Shown here: piece by piece, positions 38,508 to 46,871 of the stretch
Layout: each line of letters starts with the position of its first letter
How positions within the stretch are numbered: the stretch's first letter is position 1
Source: Candidatus Nomurabacteria bacterium
GTDB taxonomy: Bacteria > Patescibacteriota > Minisyncoccia > Phycocordibacterales > UBA9973
Reading direction: 5' to 3'
Length of the DNA stretch: 64,000 nt
Assembly: GCA_943354905.1 (NCBI GenBank)
Contig: CALRDL010000002.1
Span: forward strand, 6,478 to 70,477
The notes under the pieces: model-generated
Told to the model about the DNA's origin: nothing
The model's database searches: none
The model's input: the letters and a program-made list of their open reading frames with translations, nothing else
Translations under genes and position numbers: made by a program

Positions 38508-39213
38508 TATGAAAAAATTTGTCTTTGGAACATTCATATATGAATATCATCTTATCAAACAAGATAGAAAAACTCTTTCTTTGACAGTTGTTCCCGATTT
38601 AAAAATCATTCTTAAATGTCCGCATAATGCTGATGATAAGAGGATAGAGGAATTTTTGAAAAGAAAATGGTTTTGGCTAGAAAAACAACTTTCCTTTTTC
38701 AAGAAATATCAAAGAAATATTTACCAAAAAGAATATATTTCTGGCGAGGGATATTTATATCTTGGCAGACAATACAAACTTGTCGTTAAACACGGCAAGG
38801 AAGATCTGGTCACCCTTACAAAAGGCAAACTAATGGTGTCTTCGACTAAATTAGTATCAAATGGCAATTACAATAAAAAATTGATTGATATTTGGTTTTT
38901 AGAAAAAATGCAGAAAATCTTTCAAGAAAGATTTTCTGCTATGTTGGATAAATTTGATTACAAAAATAATCCAGTTTTGAAAATACGAGAAATGAAAAAA
39001 CGCTGGGGTAGTTTTTTGAATAAAGACAAAATTTTTCTCAATCCCAAGCTCATTAGTACACCAAAAGAATGTATTGATTACGTAATAGTTCATGAGCTTT
39101 GTCATCTAAAATACAAAAATCATGACAAAAGGTTTTTTGAGTTGTTCAATAAAAAATTTCCAAAATGGGAAAAAGTTAAAGATAAATTAGAAATTTTAGG
39201 AGTAGGTATTTAA
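38491..39213 (+). CDS. DUF45/YgjP-like (M48-related) zinc metallopeptidase
   Basis: Contains YVIVHELCHL (HExxH) and lies downstream of hsdR, a known association. Confidence 0.55.
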   Translation: MNYFYNMKKFVFGTFIYEYHLIKQDRKTLSLTVVPDLKIILKCPHNADDKRIEEFLKRKWFWLEKQLSFFKKYQRNIYQKEYISGEGYLYLGRQYKLVVKHGKEDLVTLTKGKLMVSSTKLVSNGNYNKKLIDIWFLEKMQKIFQERFSAMLDKFDYKNNPVLKIREMKKRWGSFLNKDKIFLNPKLISTPKECIDYVIVHELCHLKYKNHDKRFFELFNKKFPKWEKVKDKLEILGVGI

Positions 39214-39214
39214 T

Positions 39215-39452
39215 TGAAGCCCACCCTCGCCCCATCGCCCATACCAAAAAAAAGAATTCCCCCCCCGCCAAACTAAAATAGAATGGAAATGCGATGGAGT
39301 GAGGGCAGACGACGAGCTTAAGCTCGTCGTGGCGGAATTGTTAGCGTTACCACATTAGTAGAGCGTGAAAAATAGTTTAGAAAAATAATAGTCGTAGAGC
39401 GTGAGATTAAGTATTTTGCTGGAAAAAAGTTCGTGCAAAGGTTAGGATTACT
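39215..39452. repeat. GC-rich repeat modules (homologous to 27317-27400 in inverted orientation) preceding the recombinase left inverted repeat
   Basis: The shared string is cctcgcccc..cccataccaaa...cccccgc..aaa...atggaaatg..tgg. Confidence 0.5.
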
Positions 39453-39591
39453 CCGCAAATTGAAACTTCCTCGGCAGAAAGCGAAAAAAGCGGGCGCGCC
39501 AAAGGCGCGGTATGAAGTGATGAAATGAAATCCGCCTTGCGGGTGCAGGTGAAAATGGAGGGCGGGCAGAAAAAGAAATGAGATTGAAATA
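39453..39591. repeat. Left terminal inverted repeat (~139 bp) of the serine-recombinase element
   Basis: Its reverse complement matches 41018-41149 almost perfectly, with a single ~7-nt indel. Confidence 0.75.
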
Positions 39592-39620
39592 GTATTATCA
39601 GTTTTGAATCCAAAAGCAAT

Positions 39621-41198
39621 ATGAACAAACCAAAATATTTTCTCTATGCTCGCAAGTCCACAGAAGATGATGACAGACAAGTCATGTCCATTGAAGCACA
39701 GCTTTTTGAATTGCGTGAATTTGCGAGCAGAGAAAATCTTGAAATTCTTGAAGAATTTCAAGAGTCAAAAAGCGCAAAGAGTCCGGGACGAAGTGTCTTC
39801 GGCGAAATGATGAATAAAATTGAAAGTATGGATGGTGTTGGTATTCTTGGATGGCACCCGGATCGTTTAGCGAGAAATTCAATTGACGGTGGACGCATCA
39901 TTTATGCCGTAGACACTACAAAAATAGTTTCTTTACGCTTTCCGACATTTTGGTTTGAACCCACACCGCAGGGGCTGTTTATGCTTCAAGTGGCATTCGG
40001 ACAAAGTAAATATTATTCTGACAACCTAAAACAGAATGTTGAGCGAGGTTTTCGCCAAAAACTGCGACGAGGTGAATGGCTAACGCGCGCGCCATTTGGT
40101 TATGTGAACAATTTAATTACGCACAATATTGAACCTGATCCGGTGAAATCTAAAATCATCGTGCGCGCGTACAAAGCGTACGCAACAGGTTCACATACTC
40201 TCGTTTCGTTATCGCAGTTTTTGGCGGAACATGGTGTTGTCCAAAAGTCCGGAACGCCACTTGTCAAAGCTTCCGTGCAAAGAATGTTATCCAATCGCGC
40301 ATATCTCGGCCTCGTCAAACACCACGGCGAGTTCTTCACCGGAAGCTTTGCGTCAATTCTTTCTCCAACACTATTTGAAGCTGTGCAAAAAGTTTTAGAG
40401 AGACGAGCACATCCGAGACATAGCAAGATATCTCACAATTTTCCATTCACCGGTCTTTTTCGATGCGCTGAATGTGACAGTATGATTTCCGCACAATGGG
40501 CAACTGGAAAATGTGGTGGGCGGTATCGGTACTATCGATGCTCGAAAAAACGCGGTGTCTGTTTACAAAAATATCTTCGTGAAGATCTGCTCGTCTCCCA
40601 AATCAGAGAACAGCTTCAAGCAGTGTCGCTTCCCGAAGAGTGGTCGGATTATATGCTCAAAAAGGTAGAAAGATTTGAGCATGAAGAAACCAACGCTTCA
40701 GAAAGTCGGCTCGGGCAGATGAAAGAAGATTTAAAAATGCTTGAAGCGAAACTCGACGCATTAGTTGATTTATACTTAAACAAAGATATTGAAAGAGAAA
40801 TATATTTAGTGAAAAAAGATATTTTAATGCGTCAAAAAATCTCGCTTCAAGCCAAATCTTCATCTACCCGAGCCGAGAGAAAGAATTGGGTCGAACCCCT
40901 GCGGAAATGGATTTTGGATTCAAAACACGCGGGGTTTCTCGCTACGAGTGAAAATCTCCACGAAATGAGAGATTTTCTTCGTTCCTTTGGAACGAACCCC
41001 GCGCTGAATGACAAAACTATTTCAATCTCATTTTGCCCGCCCTCCATTTTCACCTGCACCCGCAAGGCGGATTTCATTTCATCACTTCATACCGCGCCTT
41101 TGGCGCGCCCGCTTTTTTCGCTTTCTGCCGAGGAAGTTTCAATTTGCGGACAGAGTGAGATTCGAACTCACGGTCCTTTTAAGGGGACGGCGGTTTAG
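39621..41198 (+). mobile_element. Large serine recombinase (resolvase/invertase catalytic domain plus recombinase domain plus zinc ribbon). The annotated C-terminus reads through the right inverted repeat and tRNA, so the true stop is uncertain
   Basis: Catalytic-Ser motif YARKSTEDDDRQVMSIEAQ, resolvase fold (GILGWHPDRLAR), and zinc ribbon CAECDSM...CGGRYRYYRC. Confidence 0.7.
41018..41149. repeat. Right terminal inverted repeat of the serine-recombinase element, ending exactly at the 3' end of the minus-strand tRNA
   Basis: Reverse complement of 39453-39591. The last bases (..ATTTGCGG) overlap the tRNA acceptor/discriminator. Confidence 0.75.
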
Positions 41199-41233
41199 TA
41201 AACCGCTCCCGTAAACCACTTGGGTATCTGTCC
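41147..41233 (-). tRNA. Type II (long variable arm) tRNA, Ser-like, with apparent anticodon ACT (unusual); CCA not encoded
   Basis: Minus strand: acceptor GGACAGA/TCTGTCC with discriminator G, D-stem CCC/GGG, anticodon stem-loop GCGGT-TTACTAA-ACCGC, long variable hairpin GTCC..GGAC, T-arm GTGAG-TTCGAAT-CTCAC. Confidence 0.45.
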
Positions 41234-41333
41234 AGATACAAATCGAGTATAGCAGAAAAAAATAAAAAATGCAGAGAAATTTATGGAAAAATACAAGAAA
41301 TATGTTAGAGTAGTTAAGTAATAGATTACGTAT

Positions 41334-41423
41334 GGAGCCGTGGGAGAGCGGTCTAATCTACATCTTTGCTAAAGATGCAGGGGTTAAACCCCCTCGCGAG
41401 TTCGAATCTCGCCGGCTCCGCCA
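41334..41423 (+). tRNA. tRNA-Ser(GCU), CCA encoded
   Basis: Acceptor GGAGCCG/CGGCTCC with discriminator G followed by CCA, anticodon stem-loop CATCT-TTGCTAA-AGATG, long variable arm CAGGGGTTAAACCCCCT, T-arm GCGAG-TTCGAAT-CTCGC. Confidence 0.7.
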
Positions 41424-41465
41424 AAATTGGGAATCCGCATTTCTGGCGGGAATGCTTCACCCGAA

Positions 41466-41667
41466 TTTTTGTGGTATCTACTGGACAAAGTTCGAATGTT
41501 TTTTGCTAATAATCCTGACGACCAATGATGCGCGCCTCGTTCGCTCCCTGTGGTCGCGGGAGCAAAAACCAAAAATTTTCCTTACCTTTCTTATTTTCCT
41601 CGGCGGGGGGTGTGGGGGGGGGAGCCGACAAAAAATGGAAAGGAAATTTTTGGTTTTGCTTCGCCGC
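41466..41667. repeat. Inverted repeat copy 1 (~200 bp, GC-rich, with G6/G9 homopolymers) bounding the xre-fic cassette
   Basis: Its reverse complement matches 43846-44047. The central 150 bp are near-identical and the edges diverge. Confidence 0.7.
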
Positions 41668-41729
41668 TATGTTAATAATATACGAAAATGGTATATTCCA
41701 CAATAGACTATATTATGTTAATATCTATA

Positions 41730-41947
41730 TGTCGAAAAAATATTTGCCAAAATATCAAAAACTCACCGCAAAACTTCTTTCTGCTCGCCTAGAAGCAGGT
41801 TTAACACAGGTTGAAGTAGGTAAAAAGCTCAAGAAACCACAGGTGTATCTTTCTAAGATAGAACGAGGTGAGCGCGGAGTTGATGTGGTAGAATTAGCAG
41901 AACTGGCAAAGATTTACAATAAAGACATTAACTATTTTGTAAAATAA
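41730..41947 (+). CDS. XRE-family helix-turn-helix transcriptional regulator
   Basis: Contains LSARLEAGLTQVEVGKKLKKPQVYLSKIERGER, an HTH_3-type motif. The longer upstream extension given in the ORF track (41525..) lies inside the repeat and is probably not translated. A paralogue lies at 62047-62268. Confidence 0.55.
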
Positions 41948-42115
41948 TATGCCCAGAAACACTGAGCAAAAGAAAAAAGAGATAGAAGGCATCCTGGCTC
42001 GATACGAGGCAGGAATGATTATTCTAAGGCAGAAGCGAGATAAGATTATTTCCACTTTTCTTGAGTTGTTGAAAGAGAAAAAACTTGAAGAATTAAGAAA
42101 TTCACTCAAACAATT

Positions 42116-43576
42116 ATGAAATCCCCCGAAAATTTTACACCACCACAGACAGAAGTATCAAAAACTGAAAGTGAGATGACTCTATCTCCAGAGGTTGAAG
42201 TAGTGGAAGCCACTACTGAGTCGCTGGAACAATACAAAGAAACAGTAGAAGCTCATATTGATGAGCAATCGACAAATATAAATGCAGAAGCTGGACAAAA
42301 GATTGAAAGTTCCGCTAAAAATATGAATGTATCCCCTGAATTACTGGATTCAACAAAAGCAGAGAGTGGGTTAGAAAACCAAATGGCTGAAATTCAAGAT
42401 GAAGCAAATCAATTAAATCGAGTAGTAAAATTAGAGATTTCTGAAACGGTCGCAGAAGCTCCAGTGGAGAACACTCCTGAATCGGAAGTAAATCTCTCGG
42501 GAGGAAATGAATCAAAGGAAGATAAATTAGAAACCGGAGGAAAAGTTTTTGAATTTTTAGACCGCACAAAATTTTTGGATGTTCGAAAATCAGACGAACA
42601 ATTTAATGAGTGGCTTCAAAAACTTTCTTACGAAGATTATACAGATTACGTTACGCGCCTAAATGGTATTTTACGCGAAGTTCCAATAAAAGATCGTGGG
42701 GTAGATGGCGGAGAGGGTGAAGAAGTTTCTATCGGTACTAGAGGATATAATTTTTATGTTCCACCTGGTGCTGAACAAAAAGATGGTTTAATGCGAGAAA
42801 GTTTTCAAGCTCTCAAACAAATACCAGACAACGAAGATCGTGCTCTTTTAGCGTATTATACGATGCAAGCCGTTCACCCGTATGCTGACGGAAATGGTAG
42901 AACTGGTAGATTACTCCATGAAATAATTTCTGAAGACGGTAAAGAAATCACTAGCGAAAAACTCTCTGAACTTTTGGATCATGAGGAAAAAGGGCCGAAT
43001 GCTGTTGGAAAAGGACAAGATATTTTCTCTGAAAGAGTTTTAGAACCAAGCAGTGCGTATGAGTACATTAACCGAGAAGTTGCAAAAGAGGTTCTTGGTG
43101 ATGATTTTTTTAAGCAATATGGCTCTATCCATGTCGAACGTGGAGTTGGTAAAGATGCTGCTTTTTTACCAACAGCAGTAAAAGAAAAATTATCGCCAGA
43201 AGATGTAATTTTAGCTGAAAAAATTTTAGGTGAAGCAGGCATAAAAAATTTCTCTACTAGCGGCATAGTTTTAGCAAGGCTACTTTTGGAAAAAAGTGAT
43301 GAAATTTATAATCAATATCACTACGAGTATCCATTAAATGAGGAGGCTGACATGTCTATGGAGGGTATGGAAAAAAAGTATTTTGGAATTGATGGGCAAA
43401 ATCTTATGGCAAATTTGAGTGAAGAAGATGCACACAGGTTGATAGAAATTCACGCAAGTGTAAAAAATAGATTTATTGAAGACATGATTGATATTTTTGT
43501 ACATCCAGAGAATCGTCAAATGAAAGACGAAAACGGGAAAGATATTCCGATCAAGAGCGTCTTTCGTCGCAGTTAA
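42116..43576 (+). CDS. Fic-domain protein (AMPylase/Fic-Doc family)
   Basis: Canonical Fic motif HPYADGNGRTGRLL and an acidic N-terminal region. A small ORF (~41949-42118) lies between xre and this gene. Confidence 0.7.
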   Translation: MKSPENFTPPQTEVSKTESEMTLSPEVEVVEATTESLEQYKETVEAHIDEQSTNINAEAGQKIESSAKNMNVSPELLDSTKAESGLENQMAEIQDEANQLNRVVKLEISETVAEAPVENTPESEVNLSGGNESKEDKLETGGKVFEFLDRTKFLDVRKSDEQFNEWLQKLSYEDYTDYVTRLNGILREVPIKDRGVDGGEGEEVSIGTRGYNFYVPPGAEQKDGLMRESFQALKQIPDNEDRALLAYYTMQAVHPYADGNGRTGRLLHEIISEDGKEITSEKLSELLDHEEKGPNAVGKGQDIFSERVLEPSSAYEYINREVAKEVLGDDFFKQYGSIHVERGVGKDAAFLPTAVKEKLSPEDVILAEKILGEAGIKNFSTSGIVLARLLLEKSDEIYNQYHYEYPLNEEADMSMEGMEKKYFGIDGQNLMANLSEEDAHRLIEIHASVKNRFIEDMIDIFVHPENRQMKDENGKDIPIKSVFRRS

Positions 43577-43581
43577 GGGAG

Positions 43582-43627
43582 CAATCCCCGCCGTTTTATA
43601 ATATCTCCTAAAAAACGGCGGGGATTT
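43582..43627 (+). terminator. Strong hairpin terminator after fic
   Basis: CAATCCCCGCCGTTTT..(loop)..AAAACGGCGGGGATTTG forms a ~15-bp stem. Confidence 0.5.
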
Positions 43628-43845
43628 GTGCGCGCACAGGGCGGGCGGGGCAAGCACATACAGATTTGTTTGTGCCTAGCACAATCCGCTTTATGAGTTA
43701 CCACTGTTCTCTGTCGAAGCCACAGAGTATCAAGCTACCACAGAACATCGAGAGGAAGCGCCTCGTCTCGCCGCAAGGACGGAGAAATGAACAACGCCAA
43801 AGAACCACAAATGATATAATGAAAATGTTAATTTCATAGTCTGTA

Positions 43846-44047
43846 GCGGCGAAGCAAAACCAAAAATTTCCTTTCCATTTTTTGTCGACTCCCCCCCACC
43901 CCCCGCCGAGGAAAATAAGAAAGGTAAGGAAAATTTTTGGTTTTTGCTCCCGCGACCACAGGGAGCGAACGAGGCGCGCGATTAGTAGCTTTCATCAGGA
44001 TTTAGCTCGAAGTAATTTCGAACTTTGTCCAGTAGATACCACAAAAA
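43846..44047. repeat. Inverted repeat copy 2 bounding the xre-fic cassette
   Basis: Reverse complement of 41466-41667. Confidence 0.7.
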
Positions 44048-44130
44048 TTGGCATAAGGTACATTTTCCGTGGCTTGTTTTGAGGGTTTTACCCTTGTGGT
44101 ATATAACTAGAAGTGCTAACTTTTAATTAT

Positions 44131-44337
44131 GAATTTAAAAAAACAACAAAATATGTAGTATTTGTGGTTCTAGTGAGGTGATTAAAAGAGGAATACAAGA
44201 TGGAGTACAAGTATATAAATGTAAAAAATGTGGAATTAGATTTAGAAATCAAAGAAGAGAGAAAGTAAATTTAGAAAAATATATTTTACCAAAAACTGAT
44301 TTAAAAAGCCACGGAAAATGTATCTTATGCCTCAAAT
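44131..44337 (+). pseudogene. Remnant of an IS transposase N-terminal zinc-ribbon (IS1595/ISXO2- or IS1-like), frameshifted with no intact start
   Basis: The translation ICGSSEVIKRGIQDGVQVYKCKKCGIRFRNQRREKVNLEKY... shows a CxxC-x16-CxxC transposase zinc-ribbon pattern. The only ATG is in another frame. Confidence 0.3.
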
Positions 44338-44877
44338 AATCTAATTTCTGATTTTACAGAAGAAGTTCAAGCATCTATAGAGGTTAAAAAATAGTAGGAT
44401 TCTATAAAATTATAGTTATCCACAACAACTTGAATAATTCCTGTATTTTAGTATACTATAAGTATCTCATTTACCTAGTGTAAAAGGAGCACTTGAAACG
44501 CCTCGCAAGAGGCGTTTCTTGCTATGTGGGGCTAGAATTTTTGGAATACTTTTCAAACTCTTTGCGGTGTCGTTTTTTCTGATATGGATAATCAACGTAG
44601 ATTCCAGTGATAATATAAAATCCATGTTTATTTTCATCTAGTATCACAAGATAGCTACCACATTCTAAATATAGGCACACACGATTTGTTTTTCGTTTAT
44701 TGCAGTAATTTTTTCTTTTGGTACATATATAGAACCAAGCACCATAACTGGGGCTTTATCAAACTCTAAATGGTTGCTTTCGTCGCAGTAAATATTGTAT
44801 TCGGTCATAACGCATTGTATTATAGCAAAATTTTGTAGTTTTTGGGAGCAAAAATCATGCGCGCGAACGGGAGGGTG

Positions 44878-45010
44878 GGTTAAGCACATGCATTCTGTGC
44901 CTCGGGCATTTCCGCTAGGGTGTTCACGATTAAAGGACGAGTGCCTGACCCGAATTGCAATCCATAATCGAAAGCGAAAGCTACACACCAAACATAATAT
45001 TGAAAAACGT
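44878..45010. repeat. GC-rich repeat module (same family as 27727-27833 inverted and 43630-43690)
   Basis: The string gcgaacgggagggtgggttaagcacatgcattctgtgcctcgggcatttccgctagggtg..aaaggacgagtgcct..aattgcaa..agcgaaagc aligns with the other copies. Confidence 0.55.
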
Positions 45011-45171
45011 AGAGTGGGGATGGCGATAGTGCGACCCGTATATCTAAAACTATTTTAGAAAAATTCTAGCTAATCTCAATTCTTCATACGAATAATCCTC
45101 TCCCAAAATTTCGCGAACTGGAGCCAATAACATACCGCCAGTTTTTTTAAATGCATCTCTGATTATTTCCT

Positions 45172-46404
45172 TTAGTTTCTTATCTCTAATGGAGCCCTTT
45201 TAACACACTTGTCGCAATTTTCACAATTTACTTGCATATAGTCCTCGTTAAAATATCCGAGTAAGAATTTACGACGGCACTTGTACAAATTCCCATACTG
45301 GATTACTTTGTCCAAATTCTCTTGCGCATTTTTCTGTTCTTTTATATCGGTCATGCCTCGAATAAAATAGTCTTGCTTAAATTTATCAGCATAAGAGAAC
45401 AACAGTACACACCTTGACGGGGAACCATCTCTGCCTCCTCGACCAGTCTCTTGATAATATCCTTCGATGGATTTCGGCAGACTTTGATGGATGACAAGAC
45501 GCACATCTGGTTTGTCTATGCCCATACCGAAAGCGATAGTCGCAACCATGATCTGTACTTCATTTTTAATAAATTTGTCTTGATTATCCCTTCTAGTTGT
45601 CGCATCTAGCCCTGCATGATATGCTGCTGATTTATGGCCATAATGGTTTAAATTATGCACTAAATTCTCTGTGTCATTACGCGAGAAACAATATATTATG
45701 ACACTTTTGTTTTTATGACTTTGTAATAACGCAAGAATTAATTTTAAAGAATCTTTTTTAGGTATGACTTCATAGCTCAGATTTGGTCTATTGAAACTAG
45801 AAATAAAAACTTGGGGATTATCTAAATTAAGTTGTTTGACTATATCCTCACGGACCCTCGTGGTGGCAGTAGCAGTCAGAGCAATGATTGGAATCGTGGA
45901 GAATTTTTTTCGTAATAGTTTTAAATTTCTGTAGTCGGGCCTAAAATCATGACCCCATTCCGAAATACAATGTGCTTCGTCAATCGCGATTAAACTGATC
46001 TTTAGAGTGTGTAAAAATTCTTCGAAACCCGGCACTGACAATCTTTCGGGAGCTATGTATATAATTTTTAATTTTCCTGTTTTGGCTCGATTCATTACAT
46101 TCACAATCTCTATTTGAGAAAGTGTGCTGTTTATTAGCTCAGCGGTTATACTTTTTTTATTTAGGGCATCTACCTGATCTTTCATTAAAGAAATCAAGGG
46201 TGATATGACAACCGCCACCCCTTCCAGCATCATAGCTGGTAACTGAAAACACAGGGATTTTCCTCCACCTGTAGGCATTAGCACTACGCAATCTTTTCCA
46301 ACCAAAACTCGCTCAATTATTTCTTTCTGAAGTGGTCTAAATTCTTCGTAGCCAAAATGTTTTTTTAAAATACCTTGCAAGGCAGATTTATCTTGATTTA
46401 CCAT
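45172..46404 (-). CDS. recQ: ATP-dependent DNA helicase RecQ (short form, no HRDC)
   Basis: Contains GYEEFRPLQKEII, PTGGGKSLCFQLPA, DEAHCISEWGHDFRPDY, and the zinc-binding C...C..C..C. Confidence 0.85.
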   Translation of the reverse strand: MVNQDKSALQGILKKHFGYEEFRPLQKEIIERVLVGKDCVVLMPTGGGKSLCFQLPAMMLEGVAVVISPLISLMKDQVDALNKKSITAELINSTLSQIEIVNVMNRAKTGKLKIIYIAPERLSVPGFEEFLHTLKISLIAIDEAHCISEWGHDFRPDYRNLKLLRKKFSTIPIIALTATATTRVREDIVKQLNLDNPQVFISSFNRPNLSYEVIPKKDSLKLILALLQSHKNKSVIIYCFSRNDTENLVHNLNHYGHKSAAYHAGLDATTRRDNQDKFIKNEVQIMVATIAFGMGIDKPDVRLVIHQSLPKSIEGYYQETGRGGRDGSPSRCVLLFSYADKFKQDYFIRGMTDIKEQKNAQENLDKVIQYGNLYKCRRKFLLGYFNEDYMQVNCENCDKCVKRAPLEIRN

Positions 46405-46559
46405 ATTGGTATATTATACTTTATAGAAAAATAGTCTATATTTATTTTAGCTCTAGACTAGCTAACAAATGCTAAACTAGAGAATATGTTGAAAAGAAAA
46501 GCTCGTTTAGGAAAAAGTAAAGGAAAGATGAGTATAAGAAAAATACTTTGCAAACATAC

Positions 46560-46588
46560 TTGACAATACCCCCTAGGGGTATATACTC
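46560..46588 (+). promoter_or_regulatory. Promoter (TTGACA-N16-TATACT) whose spacer carries a perfect GC-rich palindrome ATACCCCCTAGGGGTAT; predicted CsoR operator
   Basis: Located immediately upstream of csoR-copA. A palindrome of this type resembles remembered CsoR boxes. Confidence 0.5.
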
Positions 46589-46593
46589 TCATT

Positions 46594-46857
46594 ATGCAAA
46601 CAAATAAGCCAAAACTTATACGCCATCTGAAAATAATTGAGGGGCAAATAAGGGGTCTACAAAATATGATAGAGAAAGATACTTATTGTATTGATGTTAT
46701 CACTCAAACATCTGCCATAAAACAATCACTCTCTAGTATAGAAGATACTCTCATGGAAGGACATCTTGGACATTGTGTGGTCAATCAAATAAAGAAAGGT
46801 CAAACAGAAAAAGCTACAGGTGAAATATTAAAAGTGTATCGCCTAAAACGCAAGTAG
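46594..46857 (+). CDS. csoR: CsoR/RcnR-family metal-sensing transcriptional repressor
   Basis: 87-aa four-helix family: L.RI.GQ..GL.....Y C.DV..Q..A.......H L..HC, which is the Cys-His-Cys metal site pattern. Confidence 0.75.
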   Translation: MQTNKPKLIRHLKIIEGQIRGLQNMIEKDTYCIDVITQTSAIKQSLSSIEDTLMEGHLGHCVVNQIKKGQTEKATGEILKVYRLKRK

Positions 46858-46871
46858 AATTTTATAAAATT

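Noticed and set aside
39318-39761. 147-aa minus-strand ORF, the 5' extension of ORF 41525-41947, and ORF 41332-41706
   Set aside because: They run through the GC-rich repeats and tRNA genes. Stop-codon paucity in GC-rich DNA explains them. The real xre start is the ATG at 41730.
44560-44991. 108-aa minus-strand ORF 44665-44991 as an intact gene
   Set aside because: Its N-terminal 60 aa are simply the GC-rich repeat read on the minus strand. Only the C-terminal part (MTEYNIYCDESNH...) looks genuine, and it continues into another frame (..LECGSYLVILDENKHGFYIITGIYVDY..), so at best this is a small frameshifted remnant of unknown family.
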